Below, one piece after another: positions 37,436 through 49,285 of a stretch of 64,000 bases of DNA. The first letter of the stretch is position 1. Every line of letters starts with the position of its first letter. Origin of the DNA: Octopus bimaculoides (lineage: Eukaryota); the NCBI RefSeq assembly GCF_001194135.2, contig NC_069003.1, forward strand, positions 17,548,793-17,612,792, in the 5' to 3' direction. Both the position numbers and the translations under genes were made by a program. The notes beneath the pieces were generated by a model. That model was not told the DNA's origin. It did no database searches and was given only the letters and a program-made list of their open reading frames with translations.

Positions 37436-38923
37436 CACTGCTGAAACGAACTCCTTGCAGACTGATATATTTGACTATTTTTCATTATAGATTCATAATT
37501 TGCAAATAGAAAAGGATATACAAAAACTTAAAGAAAAGTTTAACATTTAATGCAGAAAATATGCATTGTATGAAAATGAACAATATTCTGCCTGGTCAAA
37601 AATTTAAGACCATGACAAATAAAAAGTTTAAATCTAGTATAAACTATAAAAATTCTGGTATTTATGTCCAAGCTTTCTGGGTCAACAACTGCCAGTCACT
37701 CCCTGTCTATTTCATAACAACAACAATGGGAAAAGCTAAAATGTTGGTAGATTTTGAACATGGTAGAATTGTAGAGCTCCAGAAGTAAGGTCTTTCTCAA
37801 TATGCCATCTCCAGTGAAACTGGCTGGAGTAAAACTGCCATAATAAACTTCTTAATAGACCCTGAGGCATACAGATTTTAAAAAAATCGACAGGCTGGCT
37901 GAAGAAAATTTCACCAGCATTGAGTAGAAGGATTCGACGGGAAGTTAGGGAAGACACTAGTTGATCATCAAAACCAGATTAAGGCACTTATGAATGCAGA
38001 ATGCAGCTCAAGGATGATAAGACAACATTTGAGAGAGAGAGGCTTTAAAAATCTTAAACATCTTCAGAGATCTTGTCTTCTTTCATGCCACAAAACTACT
38101 TGTTTAGAATTTGCTCAGAATCATCAGACCTGTGATGTTCACAACTAGAAGAAAGTTTTGTTCTCAGATAAGAAGAAATTCAACCTTGATGGTCCTGATG
38201 GTTTCCAACAATATTGGCATATAATAGATATTCTACCAGAGACTTTTTCATCGAGGCATAATGGTGGAGGCTCTATCATGTGTGGGGTACTTTCTCGTAC
38301 AGAGGAACTATGGAGCTTCATGTTGTGCGGGGACATCAAACAGCAGCTCTTGACTGAAGGCCCTCATTTGTGTGGAGAAGACTGGATTTATCAACAGGAT
38401 AATGCTACAATCCATAATGCTCACAGCAAAAGGATTTCTTCATAGTAAATAACATTCATCTTTTGAATCATCCTCCATGTTTTCCTGACTTAAATCCCAT
38501 AAAAAATCTTTGGGGATGGATGGCAAGAGACATTTACAAAAATGGAATACAGTTTGTGGATGCTCTTTGCCAGGCATTCTTCACCTCAAAGCATAACATT
38601 TATGTTGAGTATACCACAGCAAATTTTTGAAGTTATTCGCAGGAATGGTGGAGCTACTAACAATTGAGTCCCCTTGTTTACTATTTATTCATTGTTTTCA
38701 TCTGTTATTTGTCATGGTCTTAAAGTTTTGATCAGGCAAAATATTGTAAGTTTTCATACAATGCATATTTTCTGTATTAAATGTTAAACATTTCTTTAGG
38801 TTTTCATATATCTTTTTCTAATTGCCAATAATGAATCTTTAATGAAAAATAGTCAAATATATCAGTCTGCAAGGAGTCCATTGTGACAGTTTTTCACTGG
38901 TCTTAACATTTTGTCCAGCAGCA
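37436..38923 (+). mobile_element. Tc1/Tc3-like transposon remnant with long IR/DR-type terminal repeats
   Basis: KKVLFSDKKKFNLDGPDGFQQYWH, QQDNATIH and PDLNPIKNLWGW, all disrupted. Segment 37451-37625 is inverted at 38700-38880, and an ~20 bp motif gg(a/t)caaaa..ttaagacc occurs at inner and outer positions. Confidence 0.8.
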
Positions 38924-38973
38924 TATATACAAGTCTTGCCTCCACTATGTGCACCCAAATCAGATCCTGATAA

Positions 38974-39449
38974 CACTGTGTAACAAAATTTTAATTTTTT
39001 TTTGGTCTTTGGTCAGTAAGTGTTATTTCCTATTTGCTTCTATCTAGAAATCAAAGGAAATGACCACTATTCCCTTCAAACTTTGCTTTGTGACCTGGAC
39101 ATCAATGTTTTGAAACTGACCTATTTTCCATTACATTTCAGACAGATTCAGTGCTGAGTTGCTGAAGCAGAAATATCATTATAATAAATTTTCTGCTCAG
39201 AACCACAGATTTGCTTGTCAATTGCTTCACCTTAACCAGTTGAGCATGACCCTTAGTGGCTGACAATATGTACTTCTCTAATCATGAGCAAGAGTAGTGG
39301 GGGAACATCATAGCCATGTGTTGAGAGGGATTCTTTGGGGTTTGAATTAGTATAACAATAGCAAAGTTTGAAGGAAATATTAGCCCTTTTTCTTATTTTC
39401 TAGGGAAATAACAGTTGCTACTCAAGGACAAAAACTGTGTTACACAGTG
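38974..39449. mobile_element. MITE with CACTGTGTAACA termini
   Basis: Perfect 12 bp TIR cactgtgtaaca/tgttacacagtg, subterminal IR cccttcaaactttgct/agcaaagtttgaagg, flanks taa and caa. Confidence 0.75.
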
Positions 39450-39558
39450 CAATTGGCATGTTACCAAATGAAAATAAAGTGCAGACAGATGTTGTGTATC
39501 CAAATCGATGAAATGAAATAACATGCTGAATGGATAAGAGAGGAAGGAGATATCTCAC

Positions 39559-39644
39559 ATTCAACACATCTGCATCCTTTCTTCAAAACTTTGATATAAC
39601 CTTCTATGCTTGCTGGTCCCTTCAACTGGTCATCCATAAGATAT
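39559..39644 (-). CDS. PLCL: PLCL-type PLC exon 5 in window (X box)
   Basis: gtttcAG / GTGAG. Encodes (T)[28 protein letters not shown](L); 86 nt, phase 2 to 1. Confidence 0.96.
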
Positions 39645-39734
39645 CTGAAACAACAGAAATTACATTAAAACAACAAAACATTATAACATCCTAGTTTAGT
39701 GGGGGGGGGTTGTCATAAATGAAATATTGGTTTA

Positions 39735-40088
39735 AAATTTTGGTGGAATTTGAACTCAAGGCATAAAGATAGACAAAATGCGGCAAAAAGCATTTTGCCT
39801 GGTGTGCTAATGATTCTGCCAGCTCACTGCCTTAATAATAATAATAATAATAATAATAATATATACTAATGATAATCTTTTCTATTATAGGCATAAGGCC
39901 TGAAATTTGGGGGAGGGGTCTAGTTGATTACATTGACCCCAATGTTCAACTAGCACTTATATAATTGACCCTGAAAGGATGAAAGGCAAAGTCGACTTTG
40001 GTGGAATTTGAACTAAGACCTTAGAGATGGATGAAATGCTGCTAAGCATTTTGCCCAGTGCACTAACAATTCTGCCTGCTTGCTGCCT
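39735..40088 (-). mobile_element. Two tandem S1 SINEs (first truncated)
   Basis: Copies at about 39735-39833 and 39875-40088, separated by (TAA)n. Confidence 0.85.
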
Positions 40089-40262
40089 ATGTCATAAATG
40101 AAATATTGATAGCAGGATGCTTTTGATTTTGTTGGTAGTATGGCACCAAAAACTGCTCTACAACAAGAAAGTTCTCTTCACAACCATGTGGATTTTGAGT
40201 TCAATCACACTGCATGGCACCTTGGGCAAGTGTCCTCTACTGTAGTCCTGGTCCAACCAAAT

Positions 40263-40512
40263 GCAGGATAATGCTAATAATAGCCTGAACAGGATAAGCT
40301 ACCCCTATTTTGCAGGAAAAAGCGAGATTTCTATACATCTTAAATTTGCAGAAGAATGTGGGGTGTGGGCAGTGTAGCTTAATCGGTCTAGAGCACTGCG
40401 ACGTATAATCACAGAGGTGTGAGTTCGAGTCTCATAGCTGGCCGCCAACACTTTTTTCTGAAAAATAGGGGTAGCTTATCCTGTTCAGGCTATATTATTA
40501 GCATTACCCTGT
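40263..40512. mobile_element. Small TIR-bounded element carrying a tRNA-like gene
   Basis: 40263-40311 and 40461-40512 are near-perfect inverted repeats (~49 bp, 2 nt indel). The element follows a truncated S2 SINE (40170-40260). Confidence 0.75.
40367..40447 (+). ncRNA. tRNA-like Pol III unit (TAT in anticodon position), non-canonical cloverleaf
   Basis: A box TAGCTTAATCGG, B box GTTCGAGTC, D stem GCTT/GAGC, anticodon arm CTGCGA-CGTATAA-TCACAG, T arm GTGAG-TTCGAGT-CTCAT, 3' GCCA, and a T6 run at 40452-40457. The acceptor stem is imperfect. Confidence 0.6.
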
Positions 40513-40534
40513 GTTTGCAAATATATATATATGT

Positions 40535-42050
40535 ATACATTCTCAAGATTCACTGGTCCCACTCCGGAACTATACAGTCATTATATTGACGACTGTATTG
40601 GTGTGACCTTGCTCTCCCATGAACATCTAGACTCCTTCCTCTCTTTTGTTCAATCCTTCCATCCTGCCCTCGAATTCTCCTGCACTATTTCCAACACTTC
40701 CATCGCCTTTCTCGACATTTCGGTCAGCATTCATCACTCCACTCTCACCACCTCCGTCCACTACAAACACACTGACTCACACTCATACCTCAACTTCTCC
40801 TCCTCCTCCCACCCTAAACACACCAAGTTCTCCATCCCCTATTCCACAGGCTCTGCAGTGACAACCATGACTTTGAGACTCAGTCTCAACTCATGGTTTG
40901 CCACTTCATCCTTCGTGGATATCCCCTCACCCTTGCCAGAGCATGTTCCGTGGACCGTGAACCTGCTCTCTTCCCTGCCTCTCCAACACAACATTCTCTG
41001 AGCCTTCCGGCAACTCCAGTCTGACCCTTCCACTTTGCACATCTTCCCTAACCTACCCCTCCCCTCCTTCAAATGAGCCCACAACTTACGTGACCTGCTG
41101 GTCCACAGTTTCTTCACTAACTCCACCTCCCAATCCGGCTCATTCCCCTGCCCCTGCCCACGCTGCCACACTTGCCTCTACCTCTCCAGCACCACCATCC
41201 TCACATGCACCAATCGTCGACCCTATCATATCACTGACTCCTTCACCTGTACTTTTAGCAATGTCATTTACTGCATCTCCTGCTATCTCAGTCCTTCTCT
41301 GTACATCGGTCAAATAGGACGCTGCTTGGCTGACCAGTTCGCAGAACACCTCCGAGACATCAAACTCGGCAATGACACCCCTGTCTTGTGCCATTTCTGC
41401 TCTACCGGTCATTCTTTACAGCACCTGTCTGTGTTTGGATTGTCCTTGTACAGGGGCCATCTGGACTCCCATCTTTGCTGTGAACAGGAATTAATCTTCT
41501 CTCTTCGCTCCTTTGCACCACATGGGCTCAACTCCTTTCCCCTCCTCTTACACCCACCTCTCCTCTCTTGCTCTGACACCTACTTCCTCTCTTCACTCCT
41601 ACCTACCCCTCTCCCTTCATAGTCATCCCCTCCATCGTTACCCCACCTCCACCATGCCTGTATATCCCATCCCACCCCCACATCATGCCACACCACATTG
41701 CACCACCCTAGCACTGACCACTTCCCAGCACCTACACCATCATCCACACACCCACACATTAAGGTCACCAGCCCCTATCCACACGCGCACCTTCGTTTTG
41801 GGATCACCACTACTTTATTATCTCCCCTTCTTCCTAACTCTGTCTGGCCATCACCATGACTGACTGCCAGCCACTAAAGCTTTTATTATTCTCTCTCTGT
41901 TTATTTTCTCGTGTTCCTTTCTGTTGAAGAGCGTAGGCTTGAAACATAAAAGACTTTCTCACCTTCCTGAGCATTAAACTAATACACCTGCTTGTTGTTT
42001 ACACACCTGTCTTCGTCTTTTGCTTTGTTTGTAAATTCCAACTATATATA
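40535..42050 (+). mobile_element. Penelope-like retroelement remnant (RT plus C-terminal GIY-YIG, 3' pLTR)
   Basis: PELYSHYIDDCIG (RT), FHPALEFSCTIS, SNVIYCISC...LYIGQIGRCLADQFAEHLRDIK (GIY-YIG). A decayed hammerhead-like motif TTGAAGA-GCGTAGGCT-TGAAACATA lies at 41924-41948. Confidence 0.85.
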
Positions 42051-43051
42051 TATGTAGATAGATAGATAGATAGACAGGTGGGTAGGTAGTTAGATAGAGA
42101 TAGACAGACAGACACACACAAACATACATACATATGTGTTTGCTTCTCCAAAAATCCCTTAACCATAGATGATGATATTGCTATTTCCCCTGTCAATGGT
42201 TCATTTGCAGGCTTCATAGCTTCCAAGACATTAAATAAGAGATCCCCATTTCAAAAACAAGAAAGTGTTAGTGACAAGAAGGGTATCCAACTAAAACAAT
42301 GCTTCAGTAATACATTTGTCTAACCAATGCTAGTATGGAAAAATAGATGTAAAAAAAAAACCAAACAAACAAACAATAAAAAACAAAGAAACTTTTGAGT
42401 TGGAAATGTACTGACCAGGCCCTTCTTTTAGAGTCTCCAAGACTGGTTAGCAGAATGGAAAAAGGGAAGTTAACCTTCAACAGGAAATATGGTTCAAATG
42501 CTTACAAAAAAATGGACTCCATTAATGACAGATAGTCAAAGACAAGGTAGTGGTGATAGATTAAGCCAACCCACCAAGTCCAGAAACAGCACTTCCAATG
42601 TATTTCCATAGTTTTTGTCTACAAATTTTCCTCCGAAAGTTTTGGTCTATTCATCACTGTGGTAGAAGACACATGCCCAAGTTTCTGCCCAGTGGGAACC
42701 AAACAGAATTCTGTGGCTACAAAATAAACCATAACCACCTAGCCATATCTTCATTCCTTTAAAGAGCAGAATTATCTGACAGACCTTCTGATGGGATTCA
42801 TTTGTTTCAGTTTGTTTTTACATCTGTTTTCCTATGCTAGCATGAGTTAACATGAGACATTGTTTTACAACTGGATGCTCTTGCTGTCACTCATCCTTAT
42901 CTGTTTTTCAGCTACAGAATTTCTTGTCCCACACATCTATGAAGATGTGAAGCCAGGGGATGATTTGTGGACAGAATTGTAAACATTATCTCTTGTTTGC
43001 AATTTAAAGAGGATTGCAAATTTAAACAAGGACACACACATACCTTTTATC

Positions 43052-43740
43052 TTTTACTATTTCAGTCATTAGACTGTGGCCAGGCTGGAGCACTGCCTTG
43101 AAGAATTTTCAGATGAATGAATCAACTTCAGTACTTCTTTTTAAGTCTAGTACTTATTCTATTGGTCTTTTTGCTGAACTGCTAAGTTACTGGGACATAA
43201 ACACAGAAATACACATACACGCACACACATATGATGAGCTTCTTTCAGTTTCCGTCTACCAAATTCACTCACAGGGCTTTGGTCGGCCCAAGGCTATAGT
43301 AAAAACATTTGCCCAAGGTGCCATACAGTGGAACTGACCATGAAGCCATATAGTTCAAAAGCGAACTTTACCACACAGTCATGATATTCTAAGTCGCTTT
43401 TATCTAAGAAGTGAAAAATGTATGGTTGGTCTGTTGGTCTGTTCTGTCTTACATTTGGCATGGCTATGTCATAAGAAGTTTGCTTCCCAACTACATGGTT
43501 CCAGGTTCACTCACACTGCATGGCACCTTCCACAAGTGTCTTTAAAAGGCCACCAAAGCCTTGCAAGTGGATTTGGTAGACAGAAACTGAAAGAAGCAGT
43601 TCAGTAAGAGAAACTGATAGAATAAATACCAGGCTTAGCAAAAAAATTAACTACTGGGATTGATTCATTTGAATAAAACTTCTTCAAGGCAGTGCCCCAG
43701 CATGGTTGCAGTCTAATGACTGAAACAAGTAAAAAAAAAG
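43052..43740. mobile_element. Inverted pair of S2 SINEs
   Basis: Minus copy 43052-43385 and plus copy 43457-43740, head-to-head about 70 nt apart. Confidence 0.85.
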
Positions 43741-43771
43741 GGGGAAATGTTGGTGAAGGAGCCTTACTTAC

Positions 43772-43889
43772 GTGTTATGAGAACTAGCTATGAAATAGTG
43801 ACACAGGGGTTGAGACATATCTTGACAAATATTTTTGTGTTCTGGGCTGAAGATTTCACAATCATCTGACAAGAGATAAGCTGTAAAAC
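43772..43889 (-). CDS. PLCL: PLCL-type PLC exon 4 in window (start of X box, first catalytic His)
   Basis: ttttccAG / GTAAG. Encodes (G)[38 protein letters not shown](T); 118 nt, phase 1 to 2. Confidence 0.96.
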
Positions 43890-43963
43890 CTGGAAAAGTG
43901 AAACAGATTAGCAGGAGATTAATTGAGAAAATAAAGAGAACAGTCATTGAGGTATGGATTTTA

Positions 43964-44174
43964 CCCTTTTCTTACCATATTTCTGCTGAAACACACTGCC
44001 TTTGTTTTGAAAATACTGAAGAATTTAATAAAATAACTTGGCTGGTATTAAGCAGGTTTGATATAAGAAAGTTTCACTTTAAAGCAAGAGTTTTTTTTAT
44101 ACTAAATTATTATTTTGAAAATTAACTGAAACAAAAAGCAGTGTATTTCTACTGAAATATGGTAACAAAAAGGT
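43964..44174. mobile_element. Palindromic TTAA-type MITE
   Basis: ccctttt.ttaccatatttctgctgaaacacactgcctttg is inverted at the right end (gcagtgtatttctactgaaatatggtaacaaaaagg|ttaa). Confidence 0.75.
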
Positions 44175-44591
44175 TTAAAAGTAAGGAAAGAACACATAAC
44201 TCAATGTAGTAGAAGTAGTAGTAGTGTGGGTGCATAGCCTAGTGGTTAGGATGTTGCATTCATGATCACGAGATTGTGGTTTCAATTCCAAGACCAGATG
44301 ATATGTTGTGTTCTTGAGCAAAACACTTCATTTCACGTTGCTCTGTGATCACTCCAACACCTGACATGTGGTACATCGTACACCTGTTCAAGCAATGTTG
44401 ATCTGGTGAACATACATTTGATCACTATAAACAAACCATTTGTGCAGGTCGTTCAGCAAAAGTTGAACACTCATACATCATCTTCAACAGGAGGATCCTG
44501 CAGTAGTAACAGTAACAACATCACACTGTCATACAACTATTTACCATTGTCTTAACTGCTGAACAGTAAACTAAACTAAAAGACAACTTAC

Positions 44592-44685
44592 CATCAATAC
44601 CTAGGTGGCCTTTGGTTCGACCTTCACTGGAAGGTTCATATTTGTTTATTAATTCCCAACATCGTTCTTTTGTAACTCTAGGTTC
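44592..44685 (-). CDS. PLCL: PLCL-type PLC exon 3 in window (EF-hand region)
   Basis: ttatcAG / GTAAG. Encodes [31 protein letters not shown](G); 94 nt, phase 0 to 1. Confidence 0.95.
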
Positions 44686-44799
44686 CTGATAAAAGAAGAA
44701 ACATTCAAGAATGGTTTGACTGTTGCCGTAAAAACTCAAAAATATTAGAGTGGTTTTGAAGAATTTACAGAATTACATGAAAAGGTTATGGAAATTTTT

Positions 44800-44960
44800 G
44801 CAGGCATGGCAGTGTGCAAAGAAGCTTGCTTCCCAACCACATGGTTCTGGGTTGAGTTCCATTGTGTGGCACCTTGGGCAAGTGTCTTCTACTATAGCCG
44901 CAGGCTGATCAAAGCCTTGTGAGTGGATTTATTAGATGGAAACTGAAAGAAGCCCATCAT

Positions 44961-44997
<37 letters not shown>

Positions 44998-45200
44998 TTT
45001 GTGTCTAAACTTGTCCCCCACTACCAATTGACATCCAGTGCTGGTGTATTTACATCTGTTACTTAGCAGTTCAGCAGAAGGGACTGATAGAATAAGGCTT
45101 AACAAAAAATAAGGTCGATTCATTTGACTAAACATTCTTGATGGTCATGCTCCAACATGGCTGCAATCTAATGACTAAAACAAGTAAAAGATAAAAGATA
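44800..45200 (+). mobile_element. Full-length S2 SINE with internal (GT)n
   Basis: Head, central (GT)n and tail ending agtaaaagataaaagataaa. Confidence 0.85.
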
Positions 45201-45436
45201 AACAGAATTTGCAGAATTTCAAGTAACTTTTATTAAATTATATGTAAATGTAGCAGAATTTGCTTCAATTAAATCTAATCTATATAGCAGATATATAAAC
45301 AGGGATAATCTTTAGCTATTTCTCTGTAGATTGGAAAAATGATGAACAACCTGAATCAATTTTCAAATCTTATTGGATTCTCATTAGGGGCACCTACAAC
45401 AACTTGACCAATCTCAATAAATAAGCACACAATCTA

Positions 45437-46040
45437 TCAGGTCATACCATAAGTTCTGTCTGAATTTTGAATAAAGAAAACAAGTGATCAAATGTTATAT
45501 TTAATTGAAATTTAATCATCAATGTACTTTCCCTGATTATCTATGACTTCCTTCCATCTATTTAGAAGCTTTTTAATCCCATCAATGCAAAACTCTTTTG
45601 GTTTCAAAGCGAAGAACTCTGAAATGTCAGTTGTGACCTCCTCCTGGCTTGCGAAAGTTATGTCCCCCAAATGATTCTGTAAACTATGAAACAAATGGTA
45701 GTTTGAAGGAGCAAGGTCGGGAGAATATGGTGGATGAGGAATTTTTTCCCAACCAAGCTCTTCGATCGTCTGTGATGTGAACTTTGCAGTGTGGGATCGT
45801 GCATTGTCCTGATAAAACATCACTCCTTTTTAATTCACTAAAGCAGGTCTTTTTTTTCTTCAAAGCTTGGTTCAAACGCTCTAATTGCTGACAGTAGACT
45901 TGAGCATTGATTGTTGCATTAGGTGGTAACAATTCAAAGTGAATTACTCCTTTGCAATCCCACCAGATAGAGAGAAGAACCTTTTTTCCATGAAGTTCCC
46001 TTCTCGGTTGTGGTTGAGCTTTTACCAAGCCACTGTTTAC
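45437..46040 (-). pseudogene. mariner (DD34D-type) transposase 3' half with terminal repeat
   Basis: KKVLLSIWWDCKGVIHFELL, FYQDNARSH...HPPYSPDLAPSNYHLF (34-residue spacing, third D changed to N), one frameshift; TIR-like atcaggtcataccataagttc at about 45437. Confidence 0.9.
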
Positions 46041-46069
46041 GACATTTATCTACAGAATTATCAGAGTAA

Positions 46070-47215
46070 TAAGCATTCAAAAAAGTATGTATGTATAGAA
46101 ATGTATGAATGAAGTCTTTAAGGTTTAAGATTCAAATCAAGGAAATGTAATAATAATTTTAAGCAGTTCAAAACTGAGTAGTGAAATGCAGAATTAGGTT
46201 GGCTGATTGTGAGAAACACATATTGATCGCTTCGCTAAAAACTGCAGGTGGTATGGGTTATTTCCCTTGGGTTGTTTAAATAAAATATTAGTAATATGTA
46301 GTAGAAGATAGAAGGATCCATTGGAGGGGCCCTGTTATTGATTTTTTTTTTCAACAATCTAAGTATGTCACGAGGTTTCCAGACATGAGTTCTACTCATG
46401 TGTCAAATAAAGTATAAAAGTGATATTGTCTGCAAAAATTAGAAATTGGACACACAAAAAAGCAATATTCAAAGTAATTGAACATAAACAATGAAACCTG
46501 TAAAATATTTCTAAATTTGATAGCTCAATTAGTTTCATGAAAATGTTGTATGAACTGTAAAGAAGCAATAAATATGATTTGTAAAATAAGTGTAAGTGAT
46601 ACAGGGTGTCCAAACTGAATGTGGTGTGGAAGTTTGGTTTCATTGTTTAAGAATTTTAAGCATTCAAAATATGAGTTCATTGTATGGGGACACACTTATT
46701 AAATACGTTCTGGAACCAAAAATTTATGTACTGTCATCAGAAACGTTTAACTGGAAAAATGCAGAATTATTGGAGTTATGGGCATTGAAAGTGTACATGC
46801 ATCAAGAAAGTGCAATAATAAGGTTTAGCAGTTCAAAACTGTGAGTAGTGAAATGCAGAATTAGGTCCGCTGATTGTGAGAATCAAATATTGACGGCTTC
46901 GCTAAAAACTAACAAATGTAAATGCAGCTGCTATGGGTTATTTCCCTTGAGTGTTTAAAAAAAATATTGTGCAGATGCTAGGAGTTATTTCCCTTGGGTG
47001 TTTTTTAAAAAAATAGTTATATGAGGCAGATATAAGGATCCCTTCCAGGGGCCGTATTATCGGTTTTTTTCAACAATCTAAATATGTCAGGACATTTCCA
47101 GACACAAGTTCTACTCATGTGTCAAGTTTCATCAAAATCAATAAAACGATGTAGGAGGAGTTAGCTAACAATGCCACAAACAAACATACACTGATTTTCT
47201 ACATATGTAGTAGAT
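46070..47215 (+). mobile_element. Helentron/DINE-like non-autonomous element with internal tandem duplication
   Basis: 46157-46410 is repeated at 46820-47125. The element ends in gtgtcaagtttcatcaaaatc...caaacatacactgattttctacatatgtagtagat followed by (TA)n. Confidence 0.55.
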
Positions 47216-47239
47216 ATATATATATATACCAAATTGCTG

Positions 47240-49090
47240 AATCAAGTGATGAAAGTAATGGATAGGGTCATAATCCAATTAATTAGGGAGAGAGCTAGCC
47301 TAGATGAGATGCAGTTTGGTTTTGTGCCAGGGAGAAGCACCACTGATGCTATATTTCTGGTAAGGTAACTGCAGGAGAAATATCTAGCCAAAGATAAAGC
47401 TCTGTACTTGGCTTTTGTTGACTTGGAGAATGTCTTTGACAGCGTCCCCCAATATCTTATCTGGTGGTCAATGCAGAAACTTGGGATAAATGAGAGGTTG
47501 GTAAGAGCTGTACAAGCCCTGTACAGGGATACTGTCAGTAAGATGAGGGTTGACAACAAATATAGCGAAGAATTCCAGGTAGAAGGGTTCACCAAGGATC
47601 AGTCCTCAGCTCCCTCTTATTCATCATAGTCTTCTAAGCAATAACAAAGGAATTCAAGACAGGCTGCCCCTGGGAGCTCCTCTTTTAGCTGAATTGCTAC
47701 CAGAACTAGAGATGAAGTTTCAGGTGTGGAAGCAAGGTCTAAAATCAAAGGGCCTTAGAGTCAATGTAGCAAAAACCAAAGTCCTAATAAGCAGGAAAGA
47801 AAACAAATCACAAACCCCTTGAAGTAGATGGCCGTGCTTGCTCTGTAGAAAAGGCGTGGGTAGAAACTCCATAAGATGTACCCAGTGTAAGCTATGGACA
47901 CATAATAGGTGCAGCAATATCAAAGAAAGTTTAACTTGGAAGATAGCTTTTGTGTGGCAGATGCACAGGGGCAATAAACACTGAAGATGTACAGAAAACA
48001 GATTCCATCACATGTCAAGGGGGAAAACTAGAAGTAGCTGATAGCTTCCACTACCTAGGCGACCAAGTCTGTAGTGGCAGCCCTGAGAGCATAGCTGCTA
48101 GAATAAGGATAGCCTGGGCAAAACTCAGAAAGCTCCTACCTCTGCTGGCAACTAAGAGCCTCTTGCTCAGAGCGAAAGGTAGACTGTATGATGCATGTGT
48201 GCAAACTGCCATGCTACATGGCAGTGAAACATGGACCATGACTGCTGAGGATATGCATAGGCTTGAAAGGAATGAAGCTAGTATGATCTGCTGGATGTGT
48301 AATGTCAGTGTGCATGCACGACAGAGTGTAAGTGTCCTGAGAAGCATCAGATGTGGTATGCAAGAGAGATGACTGCGCTGGTTTGGTCATATGTTGCGTA
48401 TGGATGAGGACAGTTGTGTGAAGGAGTGTCACACCCTAATAGTGGAAGGAACCTGCAGAAGAGGTAGACCCAGGAAGACATGGGATGAGGTGGTGAAGCA
48501 TGACCTTCGAATATTGGGTCTCACAGAGGCAATGACAAGAGACCGAGACCTTTGGAAATATGCTATGATTGAGAGGACCCCGCAAGTAAAGTGAGATCGC
48601 AGCCATAGCTGAAGCCAATGTTGCATAATTGGCCCATTTAATAGCACTCTTGAAGCAGTGGGCGATATGATGTGCTTGAGAAGACCTGTTGAGTCAAGTG
48701 AAATCGTAGTCGTGGCTAGTGCCGCCTGACTGGCACCCATGCTGGTGGTATATAAAAAGCACCATTCAAGCGTGGGTTGATGTTAGTGCTACCTGACTGG
48801 CTCCCTGTGCCAGTGGCATGTAAAAAGTACCATCTGAACATGGTCGCTGCCAGTGCCCCCTAACTGGCTTCCGTGCTGGTGGCATGTAAAAAACAACAGC
48901 TGAACATGGTCAATGCCAGTTCCTCCTGACTGGCTCCCATGCTGGTAGCACATAAAAAGCACCCGCTACACTCTCAGAGTGGTTGGTTAGGAAGGGCATC
49001 CAACTGTAGAAACCTTTCCAGTCCTCTGTCAAACCTCCCAACCCATGCCAGCATGGAAAACAGACATTAAACGGTGATGATGATGATGAC
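47240..49090 (+). mobile_element. 5'-truncated RTE-clade LINE (RT, 3' UTR, (GAT)n tail)
   Basis: MAFVDLENVFDSVP, YLGDQVCSG, LHGSETW, WFGHMLRMDE...RGRPRKTWDEVVKHDL; four ~62 bp UTR units at 48720-48965. Confidence 0.92.
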
Positions 49091-49237
49091 TGCTGTATTT
49101 TGGGATGGTCATTTTCTTTTTTTTTTTGGTGAAATAAACACACACATTATATAGTCATTCTTCACTCATGTTCATTGTCTGGACATTTTTCATTCTGAGA
49201 ATGAAATAAGTAGGGCAAGAGCACACATGGAGATGGA

Positions 49238-49285
49238 AAGTGTCACTGAAGAGGTCACAGATATGGGACAAAAGATTATGCATTT
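49238..49285 (+). ncRNA. Decayed hammerhead-like motif, second copy of the 55569-55614 family
   Basis: gtgtca-CTGAAGA-GGTCACA-gata-TGGGAC-AAAA. The flank 49190-49245 also matches the reverse complement of 55608-55670. Confidence 0.45.

Noticed and set aside
40367-40447. Functional tRNA-Ile(UAU) gene
   Set aside because: The acceptor stem has two mismatches and wrong length, position 33 is G, the anticodon arm is 6 bp with a mismatch, and CCA is encoded. Kept only as tRNA-like.
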